Positions 31,662 to 44,899 of a stretch of DNA of 56,691 nucleotides are shown piece after piece. Source of the stretch: Methanobacteriaceae archaeon (GTDB taxonomy: Archaea > Methanobacteriota > Methanobacteria > Methanobacteriales > Methanobacteriaceae); contig JADGNH010000001.1 in assembly GCA_017883605.1 (NCBI GenBank), forward strand, positions 1 to 56,691, given 5' to 3'. Every line of letters starts with the position of its first letter. Within the stretch, counting starts at the first letter, position 1. The notes below the pieces were generated by a model, which saw only the letters and a list, made by a program, of their open reading frames with translations, was not told the DNA's origin and did no database searches. A program made the translations under genes and the position numbers.

Positions 31662-32090
31662 ATTTATAAGAGAATAAATTTTTTTTAACTCCCACCATTG
31701 CCTCCACCATCACCACCAAAATCAAAGCCACCACCATCACCACCTCCCAAATCAAGCCCAGCATCAAAATCATCGAAAAAATCGTCCAGATCGAAATTAC
31801 CCCAGTCCCAGATCCAGATCGAAATCTAGGTCAAAATTGTCCAAATTGCATCTATTCCTAAAAAATCAACAGGTAGGCTGTAAAGGAAATAATTGTAGTA
31901 ACGGCTTTTTTTAGTTATAGATTTTTTTAGATTTACTCTTAAAAATTAGATTCTTAACATTATATAGAAAATAAAGAATTCTTAGTTATATAAAATAAAA
32001 TTTTTTTTTAAAATTTAAATCATGTTTTATAAATCCTTGAAAAATGGATAGAATCAGGTTCCTGAACAATAAAAATCAGGTTCTTAAAAA

Positions 32091-32132
32091 TAAAAACAAA
32101 AAAATAGAATATAAAGGGATATTAATCCCTTT
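32091..32132 (-). terminator. Hairpin plus oligo-T terminator downstream of frhB
   Basis: On the minus strand, AAAGGGAT-TAAT-ATCCCTTT (32113-32132) is followed by a T-rich run (TTTTTTTGTTTTT). Confidence 0.6.
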
Positions 32133-32144
32133 AGACATTTACTT

Positions 32145-33029
32145 TTACACGTTGGCTAGTGGGTCTTCTTTTTCGCTGCTTGCTTTGTATGGAACTGGTA
32201 GTCCCATGGCTTTTCGCTCGTCGATGACTTTCATTGCTTTCTCTTTTTTGGATGTCGCTAGTTTGGTGAGCATTTCAAGGCCGAATTTACCTTCATCTAT
32301 TGTTTTAGTTTCAATGACACCAGCATCCACTGCTTGTTTGAATGCAGTATCACCAGATTCTGTTCTAACCATAACTGCTGACCAATCGTCAGGAGCACCT
32401 ATTGAACCTGTTGATACATCAGACATCTCTGAAACAAGGTCAAGGCAAACTTTACATCCATTTTGCTCGTATCCATGTGTTTCTTTGATGGGGAAGCTTA
32501 TTAAATCATCCTGAGTGTGCACCCAGAATTTTCCTTTCCCGATATCCATTTTCTCTACTAAGTCGAAGTCAACACCAGCTTTAGCTGAAATAAATGTTCT
32601 CAGTGATTCGAAGGGGAAGTTCTCAGTACAGAATATTCCGATATCCAGTGCGATCTTATCGGCCATGAATCTTACACCAAATGGGTAAGACTGCATTTTC
32701 CTTAATCCCATAGTCTGACAGGGTATGGTAACTATACCCACTTTTTCCAGTCCGTATTGTCTCACTGCTTGTTTAAGCATCCACATGTTGGGAGACAATG
32801 TGTATTTGGTACCTGCCGCAGCTAAGATTTCATCAGATGTCAGTGCTACAGTAGGCATTGGTTTCCACATTTCATCGGAAGGTCCAGCTACAACTGCACC
32901 GTCTATGATTTTCTCATCAAGAGCAAAAGATAGAAGACCAGTTGCTATTCCACCATCCTGTGAAATCTTTTGGATCTGTTTGTCGGTTGATCTTGCAAGA
33001 GTAATTTGTTTGTATGTTCCTAATACCAT
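32145..33029 (-). CDS. frhB: Coenzyme F420-reducing hydrogenase subunit beta
   Basis: 294 aa, last gene of the frhADGB order. Family-typical [15 protein letters not shown] and CQTMGLRK. Confidence 0.95.
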   Translation of the reverse strand: MVLGTYKQITLARSTDKQIQKISQDGGIATGLLSFALDEKIIDGAVVAGPSDEMWKPMPTVALTSDEILAAAGTKYTLSPNMWMLKQAVRQYGLEKVGIVTIPCQTMGLRKMQSYPFGVRFMADKIALDIGIFCTENFPFESLRTFISAKAGVDFDLVEKMDIGKGKFWVHTQDDLISFPIKETHGYEQNGCKVCLDLVSEMSDVSTGSIGAPDDWSAVMVRTESGDTAFKQAVDAGVIETKTIDEGKFGLEMLTKLATSKKEKAMKVIDERKAMGLPVPYKASSEKEDPLANV

Positions 33030-33041
33030 CTTTACAACCTC

Positions 33042-33833
33042 CTATAATCCTAAATCCATATTAATTCTGTCAGCTGGCCACCAGCTTCTTGGACACTGGA
33101 CGTAGCATACACCGCATTTTACACATCTGTCTTCGTTGAGTTCTGGTCTACCGTTGGTCATGTCAAGTGCTCTGGTCTGGCAGGACATGGCACATGTTCC
33201 ACATCCTATACAAAGAGCCTGGTTTACCACTTTGTTCTGTAAGTCTGATCCACCAGCTTCGGTGTATCCTGCTAGGTCTATCATAGGCTGCAGGTAATCC
33301 ATATCACCGTTAATGACAGCCACCACAGTTTTAGCGATGATTTCTGGTGATGGTGGGCATCCTGGTATAGCACAATCCACTTTTACGAGATCTGCGATTG
33401 GTACAAATGATTCATGATTTGGCTGTGCTTGCTGTCCACCACGTGAGTATCTGGTGAAACAACCGGTTGCTGCACATGAACCAAAAGCCACAACTAATCC
33501 TGCTTTTTCCCTCGCTTCCATTAATTCTTTGATGCTGTGTTCATCCTGCAGACATACAGACCCTTCAACTAGGGCCAGGTCCATTTCAGGCATATCCCAC
33601 ACATCAGCAAGTGTTTGTCCGTAAACTACATCCACCATTTCGGTTAGTAAAGGTGCTAAAATGTCGTAGTTTTCGCTTAACGACATAACGTCTCCGGTAC
33701 ATCCTGAAAGGTGGATGTATCCGATTCTTGGCTTAGGTTTTTCTTCCGCCACTTTTTCAACCTCCTGTTCTGAAGCTACTTCTTCTGTTGGTTTTGCTTC
33801 CATTCCTAAAAATTCTTTAATTCGGGCTAACAT
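33042..33833 (-). CDS. frhG: Coenzyme F420-reducing hydrogenase subunit gamma (small subunit)
   Basis: HLSGCTGD proximal-cluster motif, and a C-terminal 2x[4Fe-4S] region [11 protein letters not shown] ... [12 protein letters not shown]. Confidence 0.95.
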   Translation of the reverse strand: MLARIKEFLGMEAKPTEEVASEQEVEKVAEEKPKPRIGYIHLSGCTGDVMSLSENYDILAPLLTEMVDVVYGQTLADVWDMPEMDLALVEGSVCLQDEHSIKELMEAREKAGLVVAFGSCAATGCFTRYSRGGQQAQPNHESFVPIADLVKVDCAIPGCPPSPEIIAKTVVAVINGDMDYLQPMIDLAGYTEAGGSDLQNKVVNQALCIGCGTCAMSCQTRALDMTNGRPELNEDRCVKCGVCYVQCPRSWWPADRINMDLGL

Positions 33834-33838
33834 TGGCT

Positions 33839-34309
<471 letters not shown>

Positions 34310-34318
34310 GTTATTCCC

Positions 34319-35536
34319 TTAAATCCTGACCATTTCGTTTTTTAAGATGCTCCTGTCTTCGTCGTCTACTACTATCACGTGGGTTGCACAGGATAGACAT
34401 GGATCGTAGGCTCTGATTACGTGGGGGCCAAGGTCGTGGTGGAATCCTTCAGTTGCAGGTCCCATGGTTGGTATGTTCCAGGTAGTTGGTACTAGACAGC
34501 TGTAGAACTGTGTTTTACCGTCAGCTACCTGAGCCATGTGCACGTCAAGTCCTCTTGGACCTTCAATAGCACCTATTCCCAGTTTGTTAGTTCCAGTAAC
34601 GTCGAAATCAGCCATTACCGGTGCTGAGGTATCTAGTTCACCCAATATGCCTATAGCTTTGGATAAAGCTGTTCTCATCTCTAATGCCCGGGCTACGTGT
34701 TGTGCTACTACACCTTTATCTCTGAAGCCGCGGAATACCTCTGCTCTAGCTCTAGGACCCACTTCTACGTTTACACCGTCGTATAATGGTATGGTAGAGC
34801 ATGCTCTTTTTCCTACTTCTGGGTCATCATACCAGCTTTCTGGCATTATTTCAGTGAACCTTTCCAGGTCGAATTTTTCCCGGTCACCGTAAAGCTGGTG
34901 AGTGGCTAATGTAGGGGCATTGGTTACACCCAAATCTGCTGGTAGGCCTTTGTCTGCAACTAATCCAATAATAAGATCAACGTGTGCATCTAATTTTGGT
35001 TTAAGTTGTTTCAATCTTGTGTATAGCCTTTTTCTTGCTATTTCACTGAGATTTTGGGCCATTCCACCGATTCTAACATCGGATGGGTGTATACCCTCTC
35101 CGCCGACCATATCTACTACGTATTGGACGTTTTTTCTGATTTCAGAAACAGAGTTTATGGCAGTAACCATCAGGTCTGCTGGTACAACGTCGGCAGCTAT
35201 CAAGAACTGGTGTATAGCATGGCTGTTCACGTCGTGAGCAGCTAAAAGGAGTTCTCTAAGTTGCCTGGCTGCTGGTGGTATTTCTATATCTAACGAATCA
35301 TCCATAGCCTCTACAGAAGCTAGGGTGTGAGGTATAGGACAGACCCCACAGATTCTCTGTGTAATTACTGGTGCCATTTCTGGAACCTTACCAGTAACAA
35401 TCTTCTCTAAGCCTCTTACTGGAGTAATACTGAAGTATCGCCCCTTAGTTACAATTCCTTCATCATCGACTTCCATGACCAACTCTGCGTGTCCTTCCTG
35501 TCGTGATGTTGGCGATATAACTATTTTTTCGCTCAA
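34319..35536 (-). CDS. frhA: Coenzyme F420-reducing hydrogenase subunit alpha (NiFe large subunit)
   Basis: N-terminal [10 protein letters not shown] and C-terminal DPCLSCATH Ni-binding motifs, followed by a cleavable extension. The GTG start in the ORF track (35545) lies inside the GAGGTGAT Shine-Dalgarno site. TTG at 35536 is 5 nt downstream of it and gives [19 protein letters not shown]. Confidence 0.9.
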   Translation of the reverse strand: MSEKIVISPTSRQEGHAELVMEVDDEGIVTKGRYFSITPVRGLEKIVTGKVPEMAPVITQRICGVCPIPHTLASVEAMDDSLDIEIPPAARQLRELLLAAHDVNSHAIHQFLIAADVVPADLMVTAINSVSEIRKNVQYVVDMVGGEGIHPSDVRIGGMAQNLSEIARKRLYTRLKQLKPKLDAHVDLIIGLVADKGLPADLGVTNAPTLATHQLYGDREKFDLERFTEIMPESWYDDPEVGKRACSTIPLYDGVNVEVGPRARAEVFRGFRDKGVVAQHVARALEMRTALSKAIGILGELDTSAPVMADFDVTGTNKLGIGAIEGPRGLDVHMAQVADGKTQFYSCLVPTTWNIPTMGPATEGFHHDLGPHVIRAYDPCLSCATHVIVVDDEDRSILKNEMVRI

Positions 35537-35664
35537 ATGTATCACCTCTTGTTTTTATAATGAACATCATTATCCATTGATTATATATAATATTATAAGC
35601 TTTTCCTTAGAAGAGAAGATGAAAAATATATATACCATGAAAGACTAACTTTATAATTTCCATG

Positions 35665-35716
35665 TATGACCTTCTAAAAGGTATTAGTCTTATGACCTTC
35701 TGAAAGATATTAGTCT
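35665..35716. repeat. Tandem 26-bp repeat TATGACCTTCT(A/G)AAAG(G/A)TATTAGTCT x2, upstream of frhA
   Basis: Copies at 35665-35690 and 35691-35716, about 130-180 bp upstream of the frhA start. Confidence 0.85.
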
Positions 35717-36018
35717 ATCATGATACTAGTAATGGATCATTAGAAATCAAAGGATTATAGGAATATTGTCTGAATAAAAATTGTGATAAATTTGAGGATA
35801 GTTTAATGAGGAAATTTATTCTTAATATCTGGCCAAGGTAAATTTTATAAGCTGTTTTAACCAAATATGAGTATATTTACAAATATTAGTATATTAGAAT
35901 AAAATTTAAAAATAATAAATTAAAATACTCATTAAAAACATAAATTCATTACAAGGCACATAAAATACATAAATACAATTAATATCACTAATAAATTAAT
36001 CAATGAGAGGTGTGTTGA

Positions 36019-36480
36019 TTGATAGATACTAAAATTCTTTTATCTGTGGTAATAGTAATTTTAATAGGTGTTGCAGCTGCTGGTTATCAAATTACAACCA
36101 AAACATCTGATTTATGGCAGCCAGTTACCTCCCAAAGCCCCACTACACCTGATGAAGGGGGATCCGGAACAACCAGTCCTTATTCATCAGATCAGGGAGT
36201 ATCTCAAACAGGAGGATCATCATTAGGATCATCATTATCACAAGGACAGGGAACAGGGAGTGTTAGCGTTAAAATAACAGCTACAGAAGCTAAAACACTA
36301 GCTCAAAATGCCATAAACCAGCCAGGAGCGGAAGCAGGTACGCCTAAACTGGTAACACTGAACAACACCTTAACCTATGTTGTGCCGATTATTCTTAACA
36401 ACGAACAGGTGGGAGAAATCGAAATAGACCCACAGACTGGTAAAATTACTGGAGGCGCAGGGGGTGCACCAAATGGTTGA
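36019..36480 (+). CDS. Membrane-anchored/secreted hypothetical protein with a Ser/Thr/Gly/Gln-rich linker
   Basis: TTG start after GAGAGGTG. It has a TM helix [17 protein letters not shown], a low-complexity linker, and a small C-terminal beta-rich domain (possibly PepSY-like, unverified). Confidence 0.55.
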   Translation: MIDTKILLSVVIVILIGVAAAGYQITTKTSDLWQPVTSQSPTTPDEGGSGTTSPYSSDQGVSQTGGSSLGSSLSQGQGTGSVSVKITATEAKTLAQNAINQPGAEAGTPKLVTLNNTLTYVVPIILNNEQVGEIEIDPQTGKITGGAGGAPNG

Positions 36481-37192
36481 ATTGTTTGAAACAGAAGTAG
36501 AATGTTGTAAAATAGTTTCAGAAGAGGTAGAAAATGCAGTGATTCTGGAAGGATCACCAGAACTGGGTTTGATAGGTAACATTTTAGGATGGCTTCTAGT
36601 GGAAGAACTTGACATGAAGCAAATAGGACATATAGATTCAAAGTACTTCCCACCCTTGGCTGTGCTCTATAAAGGAGTGGCAATACATCCCTTCAGGATA
36701 TACAGCAAAGATAATATCGTTCTATTCCTATCTGACTTCATAGTGCCTCCCATAGTGGCTTATGATATGGCTAATGCCATTGTGGAGTGGGCGCAGAGGA
36801 ACAATAGCAAAGAAATTATAACCTTCAACAGCATCGTGGTGAGGGAGAAAACTCAGGGAGTTGCTGGTGCAGCTAACTCTGAAGAAGGCTTAAAGAGATT
36901 GGGTGACATCAAAATCCCCATATTGCCATTTGGAAATGTCAGCGGACTTTCCGGCACCCTTTTAACCCGGAGCATCATCAAAAAGCTCCCGGCGTCCTGT
37001 CTCTTTGCTGAAGTTTTAAACCAGTACCCAGATCCCAGGGCAGCAGCCACCGTAGTGGATGTTTTAAATAAGATGGTAAATATAGAAGTCAATGCAGAGC
37101 CACTTCTCAAAGAAGCTGAAGAGATAGAAGCTCGCCTAAAAGAACTGGCCAATACAGTCCAGGGAGAGCAGGAATCCCCTGCTTATATGTAA
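36473..37192 (+). CDS. PAC2 (proteasome assembly chaperone-like) family protein
   Basis: Contains [20 protein letters not shown] and the C-terminal helix [11 protein letters not shown]. The ATG overlaps the upstream stop (ATGGTTGA). Confidence 0.75.
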   Translation: MVELFETEVECCKIVSEEVENAVILEGSPELGLIGNILGWLLVEELDMKQIGHIDSKYFPPLAVLYKGVAIHPFRIYSKDNIVLFLSDFIVPPIVAYDMANAIVEWAQRNNSKEIITFNSIVVREKTQGVAGAANSEEGLKRLGDIKIPILPFGNVSGLSGTLLTRSIIKKLPASCLFAEVLNQYPDPRAAATVVDVLNKMVNIEVNAEPLLKEAEEIEARLKELANTVQGEQESPAYM

Positions 37193-37229
37193 ATGGATTA
37201 AAAAAACAGATAGATAATCATAAATCATT

Positions 37230-37304
<75 letters not shown>

Positions 37305-37348
37305 TTTAAGTATATTTTTTTAGTTTCTGAGGAAAATTAGTGTACATA

Positions 37349-37426
<78 letters not shown>

Positions 37427-37608
37427 TAAATTCTTTTAGTTTTAAAATCGTGCCTTAAATTTATAGTCATTTAAAGACTTATTTTAAAAAATAATGACTA
37501 AATTTAAAGAAAATAAAACTGAAAAACAGGAAAATTAAAGAAATAACTAAGAATTAAAGAAATAACAAAAAAAACAGAATAGGCATTTAGTCTATTAAAA
37601 CTAAACTT

Positions 37609-37722
37609 TTAATCTAACTCAGCACGCCAAGAAAATGTTTTACCTAGTAACTGCATCATTATCGTAACCACTATGAATCCACCAAAAATAACCGCTGCAA
37701 TTAATATTGTATTATATTCCAT
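37609..37722 (-). CDS. Candidate 37-aa single-pass membrane micro-protein
   Basis: Hand translation gives MEYNTILIAAVIFGGFIVVTIMMQLLGKTFSWRAELD. AGGTGA lies 4 nt upstream of the ATG. Confidence 0.4.
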   Translation of the reverse strand: MEYNTILIAAVIFGGFIVVTIMMQLLGKTFSWRAELD

Positions 37723-37944
37723 AAAGTCACCTGCTTTTCTTTCTATTAGGAAATTATTGCTTCTACTTAATATGGTTTGTCCTCTATTTTCAGATATAAA
37801 AATATACTTATAATCAGATCATATCTTTTTTTTTTGATCTATTTAGTTTTAGTTTCTACATCTAAAATTGAATTTAAAAAATTGGTTTATCAAAAGAAAT
37901 TATTTGAAATTATTTGAAATCAAAAAAAAATTGATTAAAATAAT

Positions 37945-39213
37945 TTAAAAATAATCATCCAGGGTGCTGTCCGGATTTCTATCTGAATTATCAGCTGATT
38001 TATTATTGGAATTATCGGCCGATTTATCAGCTGAATTATCATGGGGATCATTTTCAAATAGGATCTCTCCATATCTTCCTCCACCACCAGACTCGATTTG
38101 GAGGGTTTTATCGCGGAAGGCCTTTATAATTGGGGTTAACTTTGGTTCAACTTTTTCAAGCTCCTTCAATGGAGTGTAGATGAGGACCGATATTTCGTTG
38201 CCAAATTTATGCACCAGTTCTTCCCATATCTTCTGCACAAAAACCGTGGTAACCCCTTTATTATATCTACGGCTTATTATATCTGCCAACGGAAGTATGT
38301 GAACGTATGGAGGTCTGTGCGGTGGATGATGTGGCTCATCCCATGTGGAAAGCTCGTATATTCTGTAATCAACACCTTTTTTAATTGTCCCACCGCAGGG
38401 ACATTTCATTTTTTGCTTTATAGCATCTTCAATGTCAAATATTTTGTAACACCGGGTACAGGCAGTTTTATGGTATTTACCCAGTCTTGGATCGAAACCG
38501 TAATTGGCATTTATCTTCTTTTTCAAAATGCTGTCCTTAATATTCTGGAAGTTCAGCTCATTCACCTTCATTTCATTAAATTCCCTTCCCAGACGGTGAG
38601 GCCATGGTGAATGGGCGTCAGAATTAGACAAAAATGGAATATCCTGGAGTTCCTCTATGTGGTCAGCCATATCACTGTCTGCTGAAAGCCCTAACTCCAG
38701 AAAGTCGGGTTTTTTATCATAACAATCCCATAAACTGTCATATTCCTTGTAAATACTGGTCCATGGTGTGAAAGCATGGGAAGGTCCTGCCAAACAGCCG
38801 TGTTCATGAGCTATGTCCATTATTTCTGCGCCGTTCATATGCACTTTAGGTCTGCCATCAGAATCCAGGTTTCCTTTAAAATCCTCCCTCATCCCGTAGG
38901 CTACATCAAGAGAGGGTAGAATTAAGAGGTGATGCACTCTTTTGATGTCCTCAACCTCTACGGTTAAAATAAATCGACACCCAGAGTTCTCTGAAGTAAC
39001 CTGGGAGTCTTTTTTAAGGGAATAAATACCTTCATCTGTCTTCTCAGTGCTTTCTTCTATGATCTTCAACCATTTAAGGTGCAGAGCATCGCCGGTTCCC
39101 ACCAAATCCAGACCCTTGAGCCTTGCCTGGGGAGCTATCACATTGGGGGTCATGTTCTTAGATGTGGCCAGGGAATATCGGCCGTGAATGTGAAGGTCAG
39201 CATTGATTATCAT
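37945..39213 (-). CDS. Endonuclease Q (PHP-domain deaminated-base endonuclease, TIGR00375-type)
   Basis: Collinear with the EndoQ family: [77 protein letters not shown], the zinc finger CTRC...CPCGG, and GGGGRYGEI. Confidence 0.85.
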   Translation of the reverse strand: MIINADLHIHGRYSLATSKNMTPNVIAPQARLKGLDLVGTGDALHLKWLKIIEESTEKTDEGIYSLKKDSQVTSENSGCRFILTVEVEDIKRVHHLLILPSLDVAYGMREDFKGNLDSDGRPKVHMNGAEIMDIAHEHGCLAGPSHAFTPWTSIYKEYDSLWDCYDKKPDFLELGLSADSDMADHIEELQDIPFLSNSDAHSPWPHRLGREFNEMKVNELNFQNIKDSILKKKINANYGFDPRLGKYHKTACTRCYKIFDIEDAIKQKMKCPCGGTIKKGVDYRIYELSTWDEPHHPPHRPPYVHILPLADIISRRYNKGVTTVFVQKIWEELVHKFGNEISVLIYTPLKELEKVEPKLTPIIKAFRDKTLQIESGGGGRYGEILFENDPHDNSADKSADNSNNKSADNSDRNPDSTLDDYF

Positions 39214-39413
39214 CTGAATACCTGATTTAATGATTTTTGGAACAGATTCTATACTAATTTTTTTAGGAAATATTTTTTTAAGAAATTTATAGGTAAAAAA
39301 ATAAAAAATAATTTAATATTCATTTTTTTTCTTTAAATCATGCCCAAATTTGGGGATAACTTATCCTTGATACTCATTTATCCTGTATTTTGTTCCGGAT
39401 CCATATCCTCAAA

Positions 39414-40187
39414 TTATCCAATATACCTTAGATCTTCCTCTCCAGGAGCAACGTGCATCCTTTCAGCCATTTCTTGCTCCATCTGCTGGGCTTTGGATAT
39501 CATTTTCCTTGTTTCTTCAGCTCTTTCCTCCAGCTTGGCGATGTCAATATCAATTTTGAGGATATCAATTAGTAAAGAGAGCACTGCCTTGGATGCATCG
39601 GCATCGATGAAGTATCCGGGTGTTTCACCCATTAAACATGCGCCTTCAATCCCCCGATATACTCCCAGACCAAGGAGAAGTCCTGATGCCCCAATTATTC
39701 CGCCGTCTGCTGATCTGAGTGTGACACCATGATCTTTCAGCATTTCAGCCCGTTTTTTGGTTGTTGCTGCTCCGAAAACCTTGGGTTTTTCAACATTCTG
39801 ACCGGTGCCCAGACCACCCAAGGTGAACATCTCCTTAACCCCGTACTTCTCCACAAAATCAATGATTGCACCACATACATCGTACTGGCCTTCTGGACTA
39901 AGTCCCTGTGTATTTCCAACCAGTATTATATAGTCTCTTTTGTCTTCTCCTGCTGATTTAAGGTAATGGAACTCGTTTTTCATGGGTTCAATGATTCCGT
40001 CTTCATCAACAAAAACTTGGGGTGGGAAAGAGGGTGAGTAAAGTTCTGCAAATTTTTCGGCTTCAAGTTCGTGTATCATGTGTTCTGCAACCAGTTTCCC
40101 CACATGCCCTATTCCGGGGAGGGCCTCTATGAAGATGGGTTCTGTAAGATCCACATCTTTTATAAGATTTATAAAGGTCTCTTTCAT
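39414..40187 (-). CDS. PAC2 (proteasome assembly chaperone-like) family protein
   Basis: Contains [22 protein letters not shown] and a C-terminal coiled helix. It is a paralogue of 36473-37192. Confidence 0.8.
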   Translation of the reverse strand: MKETFINLIKDVDLTEPIFIEALPGIGHVGKLVAEHMIHELEAEKFAELYSPSFPPQVFVDEDGIIEPMKNEFHYLKSAGEDKRDYIILVGNTQGLSPEGQYDVCGAIIDFVEKYGVKEMFTLGGLGTGQNVEKPKVFGAATTKKRAEMLKDHGVTLRSADGGIIGASGLLLGLGVYRGIEGACLMGETPGYFIDADASKAVLSLLIDILKIDIDIAKLEERAEETRKMISKAQQMEQEMAERMHVAPGEEDLRYIG

Positions 40188-40373
40188 CTAAACCAACTCC
40201 TCTTGAGCTTTTTTTAAAAGCTGCTTTTTAAGTATTCTTCTGTACTTCCCATATTTATCTTCTGGAGAATATTTAGGTGGATAAACCACCCCTAAGTCTC
40301 CCCCACAGTAGGGACATTTATCTTTTAATGTGTATTCACCGCAGGAACGACATTTCTTCATTTTCATCTTCAT
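40188..40373 (-). CDS. nop10: H/ACA RNP protein Nop10
   Basis: 61 aa with zinc ribbon [18 protein letters not shown] followed by [15 protein letters not shown]. Confidence 0.9.
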   Translation of the reverse strand: MKMKMKKCRSCGEYTLKDKCPYCGGDLGVVYPPKYSPEDKYGKYRRILKKQLLKKAQEELV

Positions 40374-41149
40374 TCTAATTCACGATAAAATTCGCCTTCA
40401 CCACCAGCATTGATCACAGAATCTACAGCTTTTTGAGCTGCATTTTTGAGAATATCCTCTGCTTCTATATAATCAGATGATTTAACTATCATTCTGTACC
40501 GGGGAGCACCTACACATTGTATAGAAATATGTTCATCGTTAATGGAACTCAGAGCATTTTTTATAACCTCAACACCATCGGAAGCATATGATTTTAAATC
40601 AACATAACCAGTTATATGGACTTCTGGAGGCGATATATTCTTCTTTGCCACCGCGGTTATGGCAACAGCCCATTCATCACTCATTCCCCTACTTGTGAGA
40701 GATGTTTCTCCCTCTTCAGCTGAAATTTCAAAGGCACCGTAGAGATCACCAAATTCATCCATTATTCCATATCCTACTTCTTCATATGCCGTGTCTAAAT
40801 CCTTTTCTATACTTTTTGCAGCAAATTCAAGCAGTTTTTCCGCTTTCTGCTCTATTTTCCACTGTTGAATCTTCCGGGTTCTCTGATCTTCCCTGATTCT
40901 TTTCATGGAAACATCTACATGACCTTTCCGCGGGTTTACTCGCAATACTCTGGCCACTATCTTCTGGTTTTCCCGGACGTAGTCCCTGATATTTTTCACC
41001 CATCCTGAAGAAACCTCAGATATGTGTATGAAAGCTTCTTTTCCCTGGTATTCCTCCAGTTTGGCGAACGCCCCATAATTCAGAACCTTATGAACCGTTC
41101 CAACCACCAAATCTCCTTCGTCTGGCCATTCACTTCTCATTCTTACCAT
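40370..41149 (-). CDS. eif2a: Translation initiation factor 2 subunit alpha
   Basis: S1 domain ([27 protein letters not shown]...[19 protein letters not shown]). AGGTG ribosome-binding site upstream. Confidence 0.9.
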   Translation of the reverse strand: MVRMRSEWPDEGDLVVGTVHKVLNYGAFAKLEEYQGKEAFIHISEVSSGWVKNIRDYVRENQKIVARVLRVNPRKGHVDVSMKRIREDQRTRKIQQWKIEQKAEKLLEFAAKSIEKDLDTAYEEVGYGIMDEFGDLYGAFEISAEEGETSLTSRGMSDEWAVAITAVAKKNISPPEVHITGYVDLKSYASDGVEVIKNALSSINDEHISIQCVGAPRYRMIVKSSDYIEAEDILKNAAQKAVDSVINAGGEGEFYRELE

Positions 41150-41177
41150 TAAAACACCTAAACTTTAATATGATAAA

Positions 41178-41363
41178 TTAATCTAATACTTCCACTATCT
41201 GTGCAACTATTTTGGATTTTCCGCCCTGGGACTTTACCAGGGTTTTGCCGCAGATTATGCACTGCACAGTTGATGCTGCGTGGTCAAAAACTATCTGCTG
41301 ATTTCCGCAGTCTATACATTTAACCTTTAAAAAGTTGCTCTTGGAACTCTTGAAATTTGCCAT
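41178..41363 (-). CDS. rps27e: 30S ribosomal protein S27e
   Basis: 61 aa with zinc ribbon [25 protein letters not shown]. Confidence 0.9.
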   Translation of the reverse strand: MANFKSSKSNFLKVKCIDCGNQQIVFDHAASTVQCIICGKTLVKSQGGKSKIVAQIVEVLD

Positions 41364-41373
41364 TTATGACCAC

Positions 41374-41652
41374 CTACATTGTAAACTCTACTTTTCCAGT
41401 TCTGAAAGAAGACCGCTTTATATGTGACTTCCCACATTCTTTACATTTATATCTTAAATCAAGCTTTTTTACGGGTTTATTGCCAGATGGTAGCGGCCGG
41501 GGATAGCCTCGGTATCCGCTGGTAACTCTCCTGAACTGGCGTTGTCCCCATTTAAGTTCACTAGCCTTTCTTCTTTTTGATTCGAATACTTCGTGAAGTC
41601 TGTGTTTCTTGCAACTTGGACAATAAGTTCTCCTTTCTTTAGGAATCTTCAT
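41374..41652 (-). CDS. rpl44e: 50S ribosomal protein L44e
   Basis: 92 aa starting [17 protein letters not shown], with a second CKECGK pair. Confidence 0.9.
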   Translation of the reverse strand: MKIPKERRTYCPSCKKHRLHEVFESKRRKASELKWGQRQFRRVTSGYRGYPRPLPSGNKPVKKLDLRYKCKECGKSHIKRSSFRTGKVEFTM

Positions 41653-41810
41653 ATAATCACCTCTTAATTGTAAAAATAAGCATAAATTAGTTAAAAAGCT
41701 TATTTAACACCAGATTATAGTATTAACTCTATACTAATAAGTTTAATAAATAATCTAATCTTAATCAATTTAAATAATCTAATTTTATCAAAATATTTTT
41801 ATTTAAATCT

Positions 41811-43492
<1,682 letters not shown>

Positions 43493-43701
43493 TTTATCCT
43501 CCTTTAATTTTTTTCTATTTAGTCAATAATCTATTTTTTATTATCATTCAATAATCTATTTTTTATTATCCAAAAAAATATCTATTTTTACACTTATCCA
43601 GAATATTTCTATACTTATCCAAAATATTCTACACTTTAAATCCAAAGATCTATTTCTATCCAAAAATCTAGTTCTCCAAAATACATTCAGTTATTTACAT
43701 G

Positions 43702-44307
43702 TTAAGCCTTCTTATCTATCATTCGGTCCTTTTCAGTTGAAGCATCATCCCTAGATTTTTTGGATTTTTCCTCTTCAACTTCCAGTTCGGTGTGTATTTT
43801 TTTGAAAAATGTATCATTCAAGTATTTACGGGCAAATACGGCCGCTAATATCAGGACGCCAATGAGTATCAGGAAAACCGCGAACATTGCCTGTTCCCCA
43901 AATACCACATTGTCAACAACCCGGGACGTAGAATTGGAGATTAAGATTATTCCAACAATAATCAGTAAAAAGCCAATAAATGCAGCTGTAATTTGTATTA
44001 TTTTGTCTTTTTTTTCTTTGAAGTATTTGAAAGCATCGTGGTCATATAACTGACTTACACCAGGAACTTCATGATGATTTTCATTATCTTTAACCGATTT
44101 TACCGGGGATTTATCGGTGCTGGGTTTTTGTTCAACGTGTTCTCCTAATGAAAATTTTTTAACTGCTTTAAATAATGGATTATCAAATAATCCTTTATTT
44201 TTTTTGGTTTTAATCTTTTTAGAAGAAGTATTATTGGATCCTGAATTTTTTGGCAACCTTAGTACCTCCATAAGTTCATGATGATTTCTAAGTAAATTTT
44301 GTGCCAT
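43702..44307 (-). CDS. Hypothetical membrane protein (two C-terminal TM helices)
   Basis: Basic low-complexity N-terminal half, then TM helices ITAAFIGFLLIIVGIILI and MFAVFLILIGVLILAAVF. No family recognised. Confidence 0.5.
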   Translation of the reverse strand: MAQNLLRNHHELMEVLRLPKNSGSNNTSSKKIKTKKNKGLFDNPLFKAVKKFSLGEHVEQKPSTDKSPVKSVKDNENHHEVPGVSQLYDHDAFKYFKEKKDKIIQITAAFIGFLLIIVGIILISNSTSRVVDNVVFGEQAMFAVFLILIGVLILAAVFARKYLNDTFFKKIHTELEVEEEKSKKSRDDASTEKDRMIDKKA

Positions 44308-44333
44308 ATCCTAATTTTTAATGATGTACTCTT

Positions 44334-44651
44334 CTAATCATATTCTCGCCAGGTAAAACCGCAGGCACTGCACCTTAAAAACCTGGTTTCAGATTCATCA
44401 GCCCTTCTGGTCTGCTGCAGCCACCAGAAGGCTTCTTTGTTTTTGCATTTGGAACAAATGGCCCGGGTAGTGGGTAAAGTTTTTATCTTATCATCGGTGA
44501 ATATTATGCTCTCTTTTGCCTTTACCTTTTCTGAAACCTCATATCCACTGATCAGTTCTTTAGTCATCTCTATTTCGTATCCGCATTTTTTACAATGAAA
44601 ACAGTTATCCTGGGGAAACATCACAGTTCCGCATTTGGGGCAAAACTCCAT
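44334..44651 (-). CDS. tfs: Transcription factor S (TFIIS/RpoM-like)
   Basis: N-terminal ribbon CPKCG...CKKCG. C-terminal ribbon CSKC...[19 protein letters not shown], carrying the acidic hairpin. Confidence 0.9.
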   Translation of the reverse strand: MEFCPKCGTVMFPQDNCFHCKKCGYEIEMTKELISGYEVSEKVKAKESIIFTDDKIKTLPTTRAICSKCKNKEAFWWLQQTRRADESETRFLRCSACGFTWREYD

Positions 44652-44699
44652 TCAAATCCTCCTAATTATGTTAAAGCTCATAAATACAATTTTTTTAAA

Positions 44700-44798
44700 C
44701 TCAGTTTTAATTCAATTTTAATTCAATTTTAATTCAATTTTAATTCAATTTTAATTCAATTTTAATTCAATTTTAATTCAATTTTAATTCAATTTTAA
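44700..44798. repeat. Tandem 11-bp repeat TTCAATTTTAA: 8 perfect copies plus 1 variant
   Basis: Perfect copies start at 44711, 44722 and so on up to 44788. The variant CTCAGTTTTAA is at 44700. The array lies 49 bp upstream of the tfs start codon. Confidence 0.95.
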
Positions 44799-44899
44799 TC
44801 ATATTTCTACCCATATTCTGACTATTTAAATTTATAGGTGATATTTCTGAATTTTCTCTTTACTATTTATCATTATTGATCCATTGATATAACTTTATT

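Noticed and set aside
31648-31790. Alternative hydrophobic reading (MILMLGLIWEVVMVVALILVVMVEAMVGVKK...) of the GGTGAT-rich tract
   Set aside because: It has no ribosome-binding site and overlaps the map stop. It is built from GTG and ATG codons, which are atypical for this AT-rich genome. The Asp/Gly frame fits native codon usage better, so this reading is kept only as a caveat in the corresponding finding.
43493-43701. AT-rich repeated motifs upstream of pcna (TCAATAATCTATTTTTTATTATC x2, CTTATCCAnAATATT x2) as a possible replication origin next to the replication genes
   Set aside because: There is no orc1/cdc6 gene nearby and no ORB-like inverted elements that I can recognise. The repeats are more simply promoter-region AT-rich duplications like those elsewhere in the window.
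44700-44798. 11-bp repeat array as a CRISPR or mini-CRISPR
   Set aside because: The units are contiguous with no spacers, far too short, and no cas genes are present.
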